A DNA stretch of 64,000 nucleotides, taken from positions 172,027-236,026 of the forward strand of contig MCFE01000021.1 of NCBI GenBank assembly GCA_002104905.1, in the 5' to 3' direction. The stretch comes from Basidiobolus meristosporus CBS 931.73. Its lineage: Eukaryota; Fungi; Basidiobolomycota. Shown one piece after another: positions 39,212 through 52,176 of the stretch. The position numbers were made by a program, and so were the translations under genes. Positions within the stretch are counted from its first letter, which is position 1. The number at the start of each line of letters is the position of its first letter. The notes under the pieces are model-generated. The model did not search any database. It worked only from the letters and a program-made list of their open reading frames with translations, and was not told the DNA's origin.

Positions 39212-41146
39212 GTTCGGTGGAGGAAGAGAGAAGAGAGAAGGATATGGATTCGAGAAGCAGATTCGGCAGATATTGGGAATTTATTGGCAAACGATAAAAT
39301 CATGCAATATCAATTACGAAAGCATTCGGGTATTGGACGGCTTCCTTTTTTGGAACCGCGTAATCCAATCATAATCTCGTAGAAGGCATCCTGGTGATGG
39401 ATAAAAATGACAAGAACCAGTCATATTTGCAAGTCTTACTCTGCGCGAATTACGTTGATTAAATCATTTGAGGTCTGCTACCCATCCAAGGGCGACTTCA
39501 GACCTCCAGCGGTGATTTCCAGTGGTTTAAGAATGGATGCAGCCTTTGGGCCCTTGGCTCATGGTGTCACTCATCCATAATTAAGGAAAGCGGGAGCACA
39601 CATGACAGCTTCAGCAATGATTGATTAAAGCCTAGAAAAGGTCATCCTTCGGTTCAAGTAGCCATTGTTGGTTTTGCGGTAGCAGGTGACCGAAGTGCCG
39701 ATGCATCTCGCTCGTCGCCACAGCTGAGACCACGGGTAGGCGCAAAGTACAGTTCCTGTCGAGCAGGAGATACACCGGCAGAACCGGCTCGGTGTGGCCA
39801 TATGAGCCGATAAACCCTGAAGAGTGTCTTATCCTCGCGCATATCCAACAAAACAAGGTTGTGCCTGCGATCACTCTGACGGAGATCCAATATCGAATTG
39901 AGAATGCTCATTGCCAGGTGGGTCAAGTTGTATTGTCTGATATGACGAATCATCGGCGGATGAACTATTTGTGACAAATGCTTCGAGAATGCGGATGATG
40001 ATGTAGATAGCGATTGATTTTGGTAAGCGCACAAAAGGGTCGAGTGGCGTTTCCTTTTCCATCCTTAATTTACCATTTAGCTGTTGCTAGTCGGTTTCTG
40101 ATCAGTGAATCAGATGTGCACGTACTGTATTGACGGCCTGTATACGCATGGTTTGGGACAATTTGGCATTCCCGCCTTGGGTGGATGACTCAGTGGACCT
40201 CTATGTACTCACCAAAGGGTTCTGGCTGATTGGCATCTCACACCTCCCGATTAATGACTATTTAGGTCTACGATGCTCCAACAGCCTGGCTCTTGACCAA
40301 TACCAGGTAGTACGCAGTAGGCTTGGCAATTTCTTTTTCCTGACCTGGATCCCACTCAACGGAGACACTTTTTGCGCTTTGCTGTAATCGGGCTTTTCCT
40401 CTCGCAGCGGAGGCAAATTCTCCATCCCTAGCTTTCTCGAAGCCATATGTGGCATATTCCGCTGTCTCTGAGCACCACGCTTCTCCATTTCAAAAATATA
40501 CCCAGGACCCTTTCGACCTCTTCACTTCGCCCCTGACCTGGCATAGGCATAGGTGTTGCTATTGGCATTGGCAAGGGGATGCCTTCCGAGCTTGCCGCGA
40601 GCGAATACCACGCCTGATTCGAGTTCATGACTGCGAAATGGGCATTGCACTTGATGAATGGTCGAGCCATGTGAACACCCAAAGTAATAATCTAGAATTA
40701 ATTATGGCCGTTGTGAAGATTCGAAATATTTACTTGGAGACCAACGGGAATTTTTTGTCGGTTACCTTTAATTAGCTACATGGCCACAACATATCCTTGT
40801 GGAACATCACCCTTCCACAAAAAAAAATCTCTTCTTGATCAGCAAGGATTGTATTAGATACAGAAGACCATTTGCGAAAAACTCGGCGTGGATCATGGTC
40901 AGTGGAAGATATGAATTGCATGGAATTCAAGAGATCGTTTTCATTTTTGAAAGGTCAATAGTTTTCCACCAATCACTTCTGAAGCTCTCGAAGCCTACAA
41001 CACATTGCTCAAGAAGCGCCTAATAACGGGGGCTGCTCTGTGACTGACTTCCAAGCGGTATAAATTCAACCATGTGGGCATGTTTGAAAGGCACCTCGCT
41101 CTTTATTTCTCTTCTTTAGTGACCTTTTCAACACCATCTTAAAATC

Positions 41147-42640
41147 ATGGCCTCTGCTGCTTGGACCACCTATGCTTCCGCCAACTCTGGTGCTTATGTG
41201 AAGATTGAAACCCAAGACGCTCTTGCTAAATTCGCTCAGGATGTTCAAGAGAATGAGGCTTTCGCTCAAGGTCTCAAGGGAGTTGATCTTAGTCCCTTGT
41301 TCCTTAGCGTCCCCACCCCCGAAAAGGAAATTACTGAAGAGGATGCTGATGTTCACGTCTGTGGTGAGGATAAACCCTGCTTGCTCACCGATGCCCAGTT
41401 CAACGCTGTAGTTCAAAAATGCTCCAACTTGGAGGTTTTGTGTGTTGGTGCTGGCCCCAACATTATTGATGCCGGAACCCTTTTAAACCTTTCCGACCCC
41501 TTGTCCAGCTTCCGCACTTACAACGGCCCCTCTTGCCTATCTGAGGAGGCTTTGAAGGGCGTTTCTACCCTCACCAAGCTTCAAGTTCTTAACTTGTATG
41601 GATGCGACAACTTGACTCATGAAATTGTCGCCGAAATTGGACGCAACTGTTCCGACTTGAAGGAGCTCTGCATTGATGGAGAGGACGAGGAAGATGAGGA
41701 TGACTACGAAGATATTGAAGAAGGCGAGGAAGAAGCCGAGGCTGAGGCTGAGGCCGAAGAAGCCGAAGAATCCAGAGTCTGGAGTGTTGAGGACTGGAAG
41801 GCCTTCCAAAACCTTGAAACCTTGTCCGCTGACACTGTGGATTTGGAATTGATCGCCGACCTTCCTAACCTCACTCGTGTTCAAGTCGCCCCTTTCGCCG
41901 AGTCTGAGGTTCTCGCCAAGTTCATTGATGGTCACGCTGACAAACTGAGATACCTCAATGTTTGCGAGGAGTATGAATACAAGGATCCCGAGAACTCTGA
42001 GGATGAGAGCATCACGCATCAGAAATTGCCTGCTAACATCTTCAAATGCCAGAACTTGGAGAGCTTCAGCTTCAACGTCTACGATGTGACTGAAGTCCGT
42101 GCCCCAGGATTCCTTGAGAAGGTCATCTCATCCTTCCCACAATTGAAACACTTGGAGCTTGCCCATAGTGTTGACGTCGCGGTCAATGCCAATCTCGTTG
42201 CTACCAAGCTGCCTCAATTGGAATCCCTCATCTGGGACTCCGAGGATATTACCGATGAGGCCGTTGAAGCTATTGTCAAGGGCTGCACCAAACTTCGCAA
42301 CATTCATCTTCCTTTCGCCACCGAGGTCACCGACGCCGGTGTTATCTCCATCGCCCAAAACTTGAAGGGATTGGAGCAAATCACCGTCGACACCATCAAG
42401 GTTGCTGGCTTCAAGGCTCTCAAGGAGAACTGCCCTGCCATCTATGAATTGAACGTTGTCGACTGCAACGAACTCACCATCGATGACATTGCTGACATCA
42501 AGGAGAAGCTCCCCAAATTGGAAAGCATCTGCATTGCTGGCGAGATTTCCGAGGAAATGTTGTCCTCCCTATCTGCCACTGTCCCCGAAATCCAGATTCA
42601 CTTCGGATCCATCGGAGACGATGAGGAGGATGAGGAGTAA
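41147..42640 (+). CDS. Acidic RNI-like leucine-rich-repeat protein (497 aa, intronless)
   Basis: Open ATG-TAA ORF with strong C/G-ending codon bias. Repeats of the L.L..C..LT / ITDEAVEAIVKGC.KL type, an internal D/E tract and an acidic C-terminus. No F-box recognised. Confidence 0.88.
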   Translation: MASAAWTTYASANSGAYVKIETQDALAKFAQDVQENEAFAQGLKGVDLSPLFLSVPTPEKEITEEDADVHVCGEDKPCLLTDAQFNAVVQKCSNLEVLCVGAGPNIIDAGTLLNLSDPLSSFRTYNGPSCLSEEALKGVSTLTKLQVLNLYGCDNLTHEIVAEIGRNCSDLKELCIDGEDEEDEDDYEDIEEGEEEAEAEAEAEEAEESRVWSVEDWKAFQNLETLSADTVDLELIADLPNLTRVQVAPFAESEVLAKFIDGHADKLRYLNVCEEYEYKDPENSEDESITHQKLPANIFKCQNLESFSFNVYDVTEVRAPGFLEKVISSFPQLKHLELAHSVDVAVNANLVATKLPQLESLIWDSEDITDEAVEAIVKGCTKLRNIHLPFATEVTDAGVISIAQNLKGLEQITVDTIKVAGFKALKENCPAIYELNVVDCNELTIDDIADIKEKLPKLESICIAGEISEEMLSSLSATVPEIQIHFGSIGDDEEDEE

Positions 42641-42838
42641 TCATCAACCCACCAGCTTCACACCTTACTGCTAATGAAGACACTGTGTTTAATGTAATTT
42701 TAATGATATATTAGCACATTACGAGCTATACTAAAAGCTGATAATCTTCCCTTATCACATTACCCTAATAAACATAATAGATCTATAGAAGAAATCCAAG
42801 TTGCCATCGGCTCAATATATTACTTCTCGGTTGGCTTT

Positions 42839-43767
42839 TTATTGATTAACAGGCGTATGGAATTGTTCCAAGAATTTGATGAGCAAGCCTTTTGCTTCGG
42901 ATTTTGAGGGAACAACATGCCTAAAGAATACATATGCCACGTTAGACACTGCGACGGCCATTCCAACGTAGTTCATAGTTACCCTTGTGGATGCGCATGC
43001 ACGATGGGGTGGTTGAAGCAGTCTGCCAGCTCCTGGCTCAGATCTATCGCCAGAGAAGATGGCTAAGTAATCAAAACGCACGAAGCGCGAAGCGGATGGG
43101 CTTACCAGGGGTGATCCAGGTATCTTTTTGACCGAACGCATGGAAAGAAGGCAGCTCTATCTTGTTCGAGAACAGTGGTACGTGTGTATGGTAAAAGCTT
43201 TTGATACCAGAAAACATGATTGCGAACTTGAGTGCAGGCACATCGGCCGGCGCAAGTTTTAGCTGTTGTTGGGCACAAATCACCGCGGCAATAGTTGCCC
43301 CTTGGCTGAAACCCAATACTCCATCGAAAGGCCCCTGACGAAACAACCATGAGAATGTTGGGACTATCGCTAAAGTCGTTTAGATCAAGTGTACCTCGGA
43401 CTTCATAAAGTCGTAGATATACTCAAGCCCAGATTCCACGCCTCTCCACTTCCCAGCAGCCCGTTCCTCGAGTTTGAAGGTGTACCAACCATACTGCTCG
43501 ACACTGCTCTTGTCGTCTTCGGACTCCTTGTCATCGTTCACAATAGGAATTCCAACATGAGGGGCGTTCAGGTAGACTGAATGAAGTGGAATTAGCGCGG
43601 GCGTGTCCCACTCGGGCTGAAGCAAGAGCCTTACCTAACTCGGCCAGGTTATTTTTACCGAACCATTTGCGTAGTTGCTTGCTCTTCCCTTCGAACACCT
43701 CCGCCGACTGTAAATAGCCGTGCAAGCATAGTATGCGCAAAGGGCGTCTAGGAACGGAAACACTCAT
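42839..43767 (-). CDS. FSH1: FSH1-family serine hydrolase (about 228 aa, 5 exons)
   Basis: Exons 43767-43635, 43576-43395, 43334-43106, 43043-42983, 42920-42839. Motifs LRILCLHGYLQS, GPFDGVLGFSQGA, HAFGQKD, HPQGHVVP. Confidence 0.92.
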
Positions 43768-44119
43768 GTGGTGGTGCTTCTTCACTTTCTGGAGTACGGC
43801 TGGTTTGGTGAGCGAAGTAGCCTTTTACAACTTCACCCTATATCTCCGAGAAGGCCAGGAGTTTTTTGGTGATTTTTTGGAGAACCGGAAGAGTGCAGTC
43901 ATGTGATTGACCATTCTTCATATAGAATAGTGGGGCTCAAAAAAATTTATTCAGATTTGATTCACAGGCTGGCCAAGGCTCGATGGTAATATGGAGCCTT
44001 GCCCTTATTAGGGGCCAAGAGTCAAAACAACGTCGAATCCGGTACGGACTAAGCTTTGCATCATATACTTGGCTATTTGGCCAGAATATCCATCTCTTTT
44101 TCGTAATTGAGACTGCTGT

Positions 44120-44515
44120 TTAAGAGGAGCCAAACACTGCGCTCCAGATGGACTGCACCAGGCCTGGCTCCTCGGTCTTCTTGCTTGCCCCTTCGGCTTG
44201 TGCAAGGGGATCCTTCTCCAAATTGCCAATGTACAAGTCTACTAGCAGCTTGTTGGCATCGTCGGAGTGACCGATCTCATCGAAAGCCTCAGTGGCATCG
44301 GTACCTGCGCATTCAGCGATCACTTCACCACCACCAGGATGCTTGTGGAAGGATATATGTTTAGCAATGTCGGGAGTAGAGGGCTCACATGTTTACGGTG
44401 CACTTACATCGTCGAGAAACTTGGTGCAGTCATAGACTTTTCCGTGAATAATGCACCAGCAATCTTCCTCCTTGTTGTGAAGCTTGACTTCAGCGGCGGA
44501 AATCAACTTCGTCAT
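44120..44515 (-). CDS. Cytochrome b5-like heme-binding protein (109 aa, 2 exons)
   Basis: Exons 44515-44408 and 44341-44120. Motifs DCWCIIHGKVYD, FLDDHPGG, AGTDATEAFDEIGHS. Confidence 0.93.
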
Positions 44516-46550
44516 GGTTGAGATGGATTCAGGAAAAGTAGTTGAGGGTGTCCACACTTATGCGGAGCCATGAACAAACGGCCGGGTTTTATACGGGAGC
44601 TCGAATGAGCCAACCTACTTGGAATGCAGCCATTCAAAGTAGGGAGAAGTCTAATGACTCAGGTTCCACAGTGTGATAGATTACGGAGAAACAGGTCTAG
44701 GAGATATGGGCTTTGGCCCACTAATCGTGGGTGGGTGCCCCTTCTGCCAATCGATGCACAGCATAGTTGCCGAAATCCATCCCATTCCTAGGTCCCTACA
44801 AACCCGTATGGGACTAAATTCCCAACCACGTGATGCCATTTATGGTCGAGAGTGTAGGCTGAAATTCATCACTGTGGCAGTGCTGGGTTGATGTGATGTC
44901 CAGTACTCAGGGAGGTTTTGCTTTTGAAGCCAACTATCTGCAGTTGATCAGAAAATAGACTAATTGATGATATTTCTTGACAGCTATTTCGGTTAAATTC
45001 AACATGCTCATGCATCATCTAGATTCGATGGTGCATCCTAGTGAATTGCACGGTGTACCACTAGACAATCCCCCTAGACTAACGTCATATACACACTGTT
45101 CTCCAGCTTAGCCAATACAAGGAGCTGGGCAATAGAGCAAAAAGGGTGCTTGCCTGTTTGGGGTCTACTGCGCAGTTGAAACTATGGCCCTGCTGCATCT
45201 GATGTGGTTATGCCTGATCTTAACATGGAAGTATTGTGGTGTTAGCAATGCCATTTCTTGACACAGACTGGGGCGTTTTCTTCCACTAAGCAAATAGTAG
45301 TACCTTCCACTTCAGAATCAGCCGCAGACTAGGCTGAGTGGATGATTGCATTTATCCTGCTGTAATCTTCGCCAGAAATACACGCAGAGAATGAATTTGA
45401 TGGGTGGTATTACTGCTAACCAAATCCACCCTATCAACACCAAGCTTGCCATTTTTGATAACTGCGTGCAAATGAATGGAAGAGAGTAAATATAGCTACA
45501 CTCCACAGCGGGGATGTCTCAACATAGAAAGGAGAGACTGAGTGTTCAGTTTGTAACGGACCGTTAGCATCTCAAGGTGTGGTCTGTTGGCTTTGGTCCG
45601 AGTTCGCACAGCGCAAGTGGAAAATCGGTCTGGAATTGCTGGACTCTGCTTCTCATGCAGAATGAAACGCTTGGATGTTTCACAAATTACTCAGTATGCA
45701 ATGTGTAAATATAACTGCTCTGCCAGAATAACACCCATTATGCCAATCGATGAGAATGGCGAGCGAAATTAATCCCCGATCTGTCATATATTTAGGTGAT
45801 ACATGGGCAATAGAGGCAAGTCGCCAGCCTTAATATTATCCCACAGTGAAGGAAATTTACCACAAGGTGCGAAGAGCTCATCATCTAATTATATAGTATA
45901 GCGTAAAATAGATCTCTCGCAAGTCTCGATTACAATTGAAAGATGCCGACCGTTTGGAATTTGGCATACCATTGGGTGCCAGATGAAATCCACACCGCTC
46001 AAACCTGTCTTATTCCGTGAGCATTCCAGCTGTAGCAGACTTACTAGTCCAGTCATAATCATGCGTCAATGCAAAAGATCTGAAAAGTGTCACTTGTCCA
46101 AGTATGAAACGGACCTAATTCGCTCCTGTAACAATCCTTCGAACTCTATTTTTATTTCAGTTAGGCTGCGTTGACCGCCTTTTCATTACAAAGAGTCTCT
46201 GTCCATATCCTCATGACGCAACTAAGAGTGGTGCTTGAATATGATTCATTCCTTGGTGGTATAAGTTTATCCAATGCTAACTTCAATTACTTGCTCTTAG
46301 TATTGTGTGCGCCTGATTGGAGGACTGGGGCTAATTTGCTATCTATTCCGCCACCACCAATCCTTTGTTGCTTCGCAATATCTTATAAATTGGCGGCCTT
46401 GGTGCTCAGCTAGCATGGTGACCCCATGGCTTAAAACCATCTAACCTTAATTCCCTACTCCGGCTAACCTATTCCATTAACTATATAGCTTCTTCGGACA
46501 ACAAGTTGCAAAATACACTTTTGCCTTAAACACATATACCTACCCCCAGC

Positions 46551-49068
46551 ATGCTACTCCTCAAGTCATTCGTAGGCTCTATTAAATTACCAATCCTCAG
46601 CTTAGCAGCTTTTGCAACCGTCTCGAACTCGTTAACTTTGGGTAGTCCCAGCCAGGGAAACTATCGCGCCCTTGAAGGTGACTTTCGTTTACGCGCCATT
46701 TTCATTGCGTATATTAACACCTCGCTCATCAGAGTCCTCTAACTTGCTTGATCAGAAGCATCCCCGGCCACACCGTGTTAAACGGCAGGATGATGGGTAT
46801 GATGGCGATGATGACGGCCCTACCTCATTTACACCATCGATAATTCAATCCCCTGCAACTCAGCCATGGTCAAATCGCCCAACCTCGTTCGGAGTAACTT
46901 CAATACTGCCCAGTAACGCAATATCAAGCCAAATTCCTGCTAATTCCATTCCACAGGTCGCTCCGACCTCAAATATGAACTTGACTCCTTACCCCAATGG
47001 TACACCAAATCCCAATGTACCAGCAGTAACCCCGCCCATAAACCCGGCTCCACCACCATTGGCTCAAACGACTAATCCACCTAATCCCCCAATTACTTCC
47101 GCAAGCCAATTTGTCAGTGCAAACCCACCCTTGCCCACATCGAATATCGGCCCTCCCTACTCATCCCTCGTAAATCCCTCGACTTCGTTCGCAGACTCTC
47201 GCCTCTATACGCCAACCGCAGTGCCTCCATCCTCCTTAATGTACTCCACATCGATTCCGATCAATTCGAATACATTGCTGCCTACCCCAAGCCCAGCGGT
47301 TACCATGAGCAACTCGATCTCCTCATACAACGATATCCCATCATTTTCGAGCGTCGAAAGTGTTGCACCAGCAGATCCTTCAGGATATGCCCCACCTTAT
47401 CCACAAGTCAATGGCACCGATAGTGACACCAACACCAACGACGTTTCCACCGGCAGTGATGGCGGTGGCGAAACAAACAACTCCGGAGCAATTGCCGGCG
47501 GAGTGGTGGGAGGAGTCGCAGCGATAGCAATTTTGGGTGGATTGATAGCGTATCGGCATAGAAGAAATAAGCGGGAGGGCTCTGATATGGCTTCACTGGA
47601 AGGTGATGGTCATGATCCATCTTCATCAGAGCAGGGATTTTTTGCAAAATTTAACCGAGGAATAAGGGGCCAAAGCTCGATTCCTTTCGCCAGGCAAGGC
47701 AATCAGCCACCAGCCCCAGACGGAAACATGAGACAAGGTAAATCCAATCCGGAATTGGGTAACGCCAATGCGCAATCTAACTTCGTCCGTAGATGTAGCC
47801 CAGGATACGCCGAGCATGAGCATGAATGTGAACATCGATCGTCCACCAAATAGATTTGACCCTCCAGGTATGCCATATTGTCTGATACCATTTTGTTTCG
47901 TGGCGTCAAAGCGGTATTCATTGTTTCAAGTGTTCTCCACACCTCCAGGGTTGAGCACTCATGAGCCCCAGAATAACCGAAGTCTCGTGAATGGGCCTAA
48001 TTCGGCACCAGAAAGCTACGAGAAGGAACCGGACTTCCCTGGTAAGTGTTGATCTGTACTGCTCATGGAGTTTGCTAATATTTGGCGGTTGCTGTATTTT
48101 TAGAGTCTGTACGAAGTACCAGGTCTCTCACTTCCCCTAACAGAACGCAGCCAAATAGTATCACCACTACACCACTGCCCAGTTTCCAAAACGAGCCCGT
48201 TAACTTGAAGAATCCTATTTACCACAAGCCAACTTCGGAGCCAGGCTCCCGGACGTTAGCAAAAAACCTGGATTCTGAGCTGAATTCGGCAATGGCTCCT
48301 CCGATCATTGCTAACATGGCAATAGCCAGGTCACATGAGAACGGAGTGAGTCACTCACTTGGAAAGAGCTCTGGCGCTTTGTCTCAGCCCGATGAGGACA
48401 CCCCTGATGTTGCAACCATATCTCAATGCGAATGGCCTCTAGAACCTCAGGGGAACGACAGTGTATCTCATATCTCTAAAGATGTTGTGGCTGAGCCCAG
48501 AAACGGACCACCTGAGGTTCCTAAAAAGGAATTCTCGTCATCAAATTCCAATTTCGATATCCAGAACATGCCCGGGCTAGTTAAAATCAAGAATGAGACG
48601 CCACGTGACCAAGTGAAGAACCTGAGACTTGGTAATCCCTCCAAGACGAGTCTTGCCAGCAAAAAGTCCGCGATGAGTGAAGGTGGCAACTTCGAAGAGC
48701 CGCTAGAGGGTAAGCTTTCGATGCTGGAAAAAATGACGTCTCAACTAATATGCATGCTTTTCAATGTAGAAACGGTTATTGTTGGCTTCAGCCAAAGCCA
48801 GTCTACGTTAAGCTCTCATGCTTCAGAGGGCCCAGCGGTGCATCGCCCCTTTAGTAACAATGATTTATATAACACGCGTCTTGTGATGACTGCCGTTTCG
48901 TCGTACATGCCTCAGAGACCAAACGAACTACTAGTACTTCCTGGAGATAAACTAATGGTAAGCGAGGAGGTTGGGGAGGAGTGGCTAGTAGGTTATAATA
49001 CCTCTCGAAATCAGGGCGTGAAAGGATATTTCCCTCGTGGATGTGTAGTTGGTGGCTATTTTGATTAG
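46551..49068 (+). CDS. Type I membrane protein: signal peptide, P/S/T-rich ectodomain, single TM, cytoplasmic SH3 (about 740 aa, Fus1-like architecture)
   Basis: Probable exons 46551-46677, 46733-47737, 47793-47867, 47931-48041, 48104-48709, 48770-49068 with consistent phases. KR|QD dibasic site; TM GAIAGGVVGGVAAIAILGGLIAY followed by RHRRNKR; SH3 AVSSY.PQRPNEL...GD...EEW..G...GYFPRGCV. Confidence 0.82.
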
Positions 49069-52000
49069 ATAACCAAGCCTAAGATTGTTGATATAATCCA
49101 TAAACCGAAAGCGTTTATCCCAATAAGCGAGATAATAAGCGAAAATATGCTATTGCCAGTTCTTCCATCTAAGCACACATAGAACCTTACCGATATTGAT
49201 TTTGAATAGATTAATGCTAAATTAAAGCTGAATCATAAACCAACTTTGGGCCGCTCTGCCGGTAATAATAGAGTAAAGGAGCAGTACGCAACTAAATTAT
49301 TTGTTGGCGTCACAACCAGTTTGTGACTGACATATTTACATCCAATTTGTTGCACACTCATCCCAACAAGCACCAACAACGAGAGCAATTTGATTTTGTT
49401 AGTCGATTTTACCGTGCTGCAAGGAGTAATCACTAGGACTTTTCATGAAGCTCATTGCCAAAATCCTTCAGCAGGCTGTTGGTACCATCTACCAATTTCC
49501 TATATGTGTGAGAATGATGGACACAGATAGCCTATTGCGATTTGAATGTTTGGGGCCCAGACAAACCGGAGCGTTTGACCCTCCCGTAGCGGAATCGCTG
49601 GTGTATGCATACCGAAGTTAACGCAAGGTAATCACGTCTCGTCAAGCGATAGTACCTCTAGGTGATCCAAGGTATTGAAATAAATGCTAACGCTGCAAAT
49701 ATAAGCTTACTTTTCACTGCCAAACATGGGGCTGTTTATAGCAAGGGGAGGATCAGCGATCTTCTTCAAGTGCCACACATTCGATAGGCCAACCATGGCA
49801 CAGCACCAAGACAATCTTGATCTATCTTCACTAACATCCCCTGAAGTTCCATAATAAGCACCCGTATGACGCAAACAATGCAGCTCTCTTTTTGGCGAGT
49901 AAACCGCATTGCTCTTGGCGGATGGTGGGTTGTCAAACAGAATGGCCACGCAGCGTCCATTGCCTTCTAATCCAGCAACCCCAGATATTCATAAAAAAGG
50001 CTAAATAAAGGGTTTTGCTAATCAACTGAAGGGATGACTTATGCAGGCTCGCCATATGAAGCCGCTAAAAAGAGTTCAAGGTATCGTATACGCGCGACTA
50101 AAATCTGTTGCTGCTAGTGCATCGAGCTGCCTGTTAAGCACCCTGCCTATGAGATAGCAAATGTATGAAATATACTGGGTAATGAACGCTGCCTCAACTC
50201 AGGTATATTTTCCGGTAGGTGAGCCAAGATTCAATGGGCAATAAAACCGCTCATTCCATGGCTGGTGCTGCAGGTTTGCTGCATTAACCGAAGGTTCGAT
50301 TGTTTTCTATTTGGTTACTGTAGTATTGGAAAAAGAGTGGATCAAAGCGTAAACCACGGTGTTTCTGAATCTCCATCTCCATTCCCATACCACACCAATA
50401 AAACCTTCGGAAGCGTGTCTTCACCACACTGCCAGACAAAATCTCTAACCTTGATTCAGCCAGATCATGGGCCTTAATTGCTCGAAACAGGTATGAATCT
50501 AAAGTTTCTGGTGGTTGGCGGTAACACAGTGTCTACCTGGCCCTATTTGGCACCCAACGGGCTAGCTGCTAAGCACAACGGTGCGTATGATGTCACCATG
50601 GTGTGTCACCACCCAGCCCTAAAGACTAATCGCTCATGTCTATGACCAGAGTCCATAGCCCAGAGTGAGCTGGAGGTAGAGAAATTGCATCCATAAATGG
50701 TCCAAAAGTGGAAAATTATCGATCAGTGTTTGTGTTATGCGACCCCAGGTTAGTTGTGATTCGGTCCAATCGTTTATGCTGTACTGAAGCCCAGTAAACA
50801 GGACGAACCCAAACTAGATACCATGACCAATACAGTTCTGATGCAGCCTTCAAAAACACGAGCAGCATCTAGGAGCTCAAATGATACCATAATAAAGCCA
50901 GTGGAAAACAGAAGCGCTGTTCGAAGGGTGGCTATGCGCTGGCTTTCTTGCTGCTTTCATGCGCTACCTCATTTGGGATGCAAGCGCTGCCACGATCACG
51001 ATAATCAACCCACTGGACTGCATCAAGATCATAGCTAATAGCCAAACCCGACAGCTTTTCATAATTGGCAGTAAATATATCCGTCAACGCAAGAGCCTGC
51101 CTACATTGCTGAATACCTGATGCACATCGCTGTGCGTGATGGACATCAACACCCTTCGATACCAGCGTAGTCAAAACCAGGGCTGGCAGCGTAAACAACA
51201 GCAGCTGCAATCCACCTATTCGTGATGTTTAACCGACTCGTCGAGTCTGATGCATGGTTCCCATCAAGAACTCGCTAGGCTGCCCCTGTTTCATCTGCCT
51301 CCTATAGCGATGTCGTAATCGATGGACGGTATCGAAGCACGAAGAGCTGCGTGGAATCCTGAATGATTACCGAAATCGTTAACCTCAAACAATTAACCTA
51401 TTTCAGAGTAAGCTTGGTTACATGATACAAAGCCCAACCAGTTTATTAGAAAACATTTGACACTGGCCAAACAGAGTGGCAAATAGGCCACCAAACACCC
51501 AAAATCTCTAACGCGCGCACGAATGTTGTTAGGCGGCATGCTGTCTCTGTGACGAGCCCAGACTTGGAATATTCCAAACAGTAGCTGCGCTCATCCTTAG
51601 GATTGTGCTCGATTATGATAGCATCTCGGTGGTACCCAGATCTTAGCTGCCGTGCTGATATATTTCGCATGGAAATTGCGGGAATCGTTATCTTCCTAGT
51701 CCAATTTACATTAAAATGTAATACAGTTCACCAACATATGCCAGCAAAATGGCCTACATGTATTGCATAATGGAAACGGCAGTTGTGGGGCCCAAGAGAA
51801 ATATCGGATTCTGGCCTCTACATTTCTCAGATATTTGTTATTGATCACAGTGTCGATACCATTGTGTTAATATAAATAGTGGGCTCAGTGTAGGCTGACA
51901 GTCTGTTTTTGTCAGTGTGTTAAGGAACATCCTCATCTAGCACGTGCGCAATATCTTCACTCCTTTCCTTTATATACCTGTGCTTAGCCCATCCATCACT

Positions 52001-52176
52001 AAAGCCCTCACATCATCTATATTTCAAGCCTATTTCTTTCGGTTTACTTCTCTTTGGCTTACTCACTATCTTTACAAACAGGGATCATCCACAAAAGATC
52101 TTGATAGCATTCATACGTATTATTGTATCTTCGAACTAATAACCTTGATTTCACAGATTCGACTTGAAGCCTAGCC

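Noticed and set aside
50932-51210. 92-aa minus-strand ORF with a hydrophobic N-terminus resembling a signal peptide
   Set aside because: It starts at TTG rather than ATG, I found no convincing upstream exon, and I recognise no homology.
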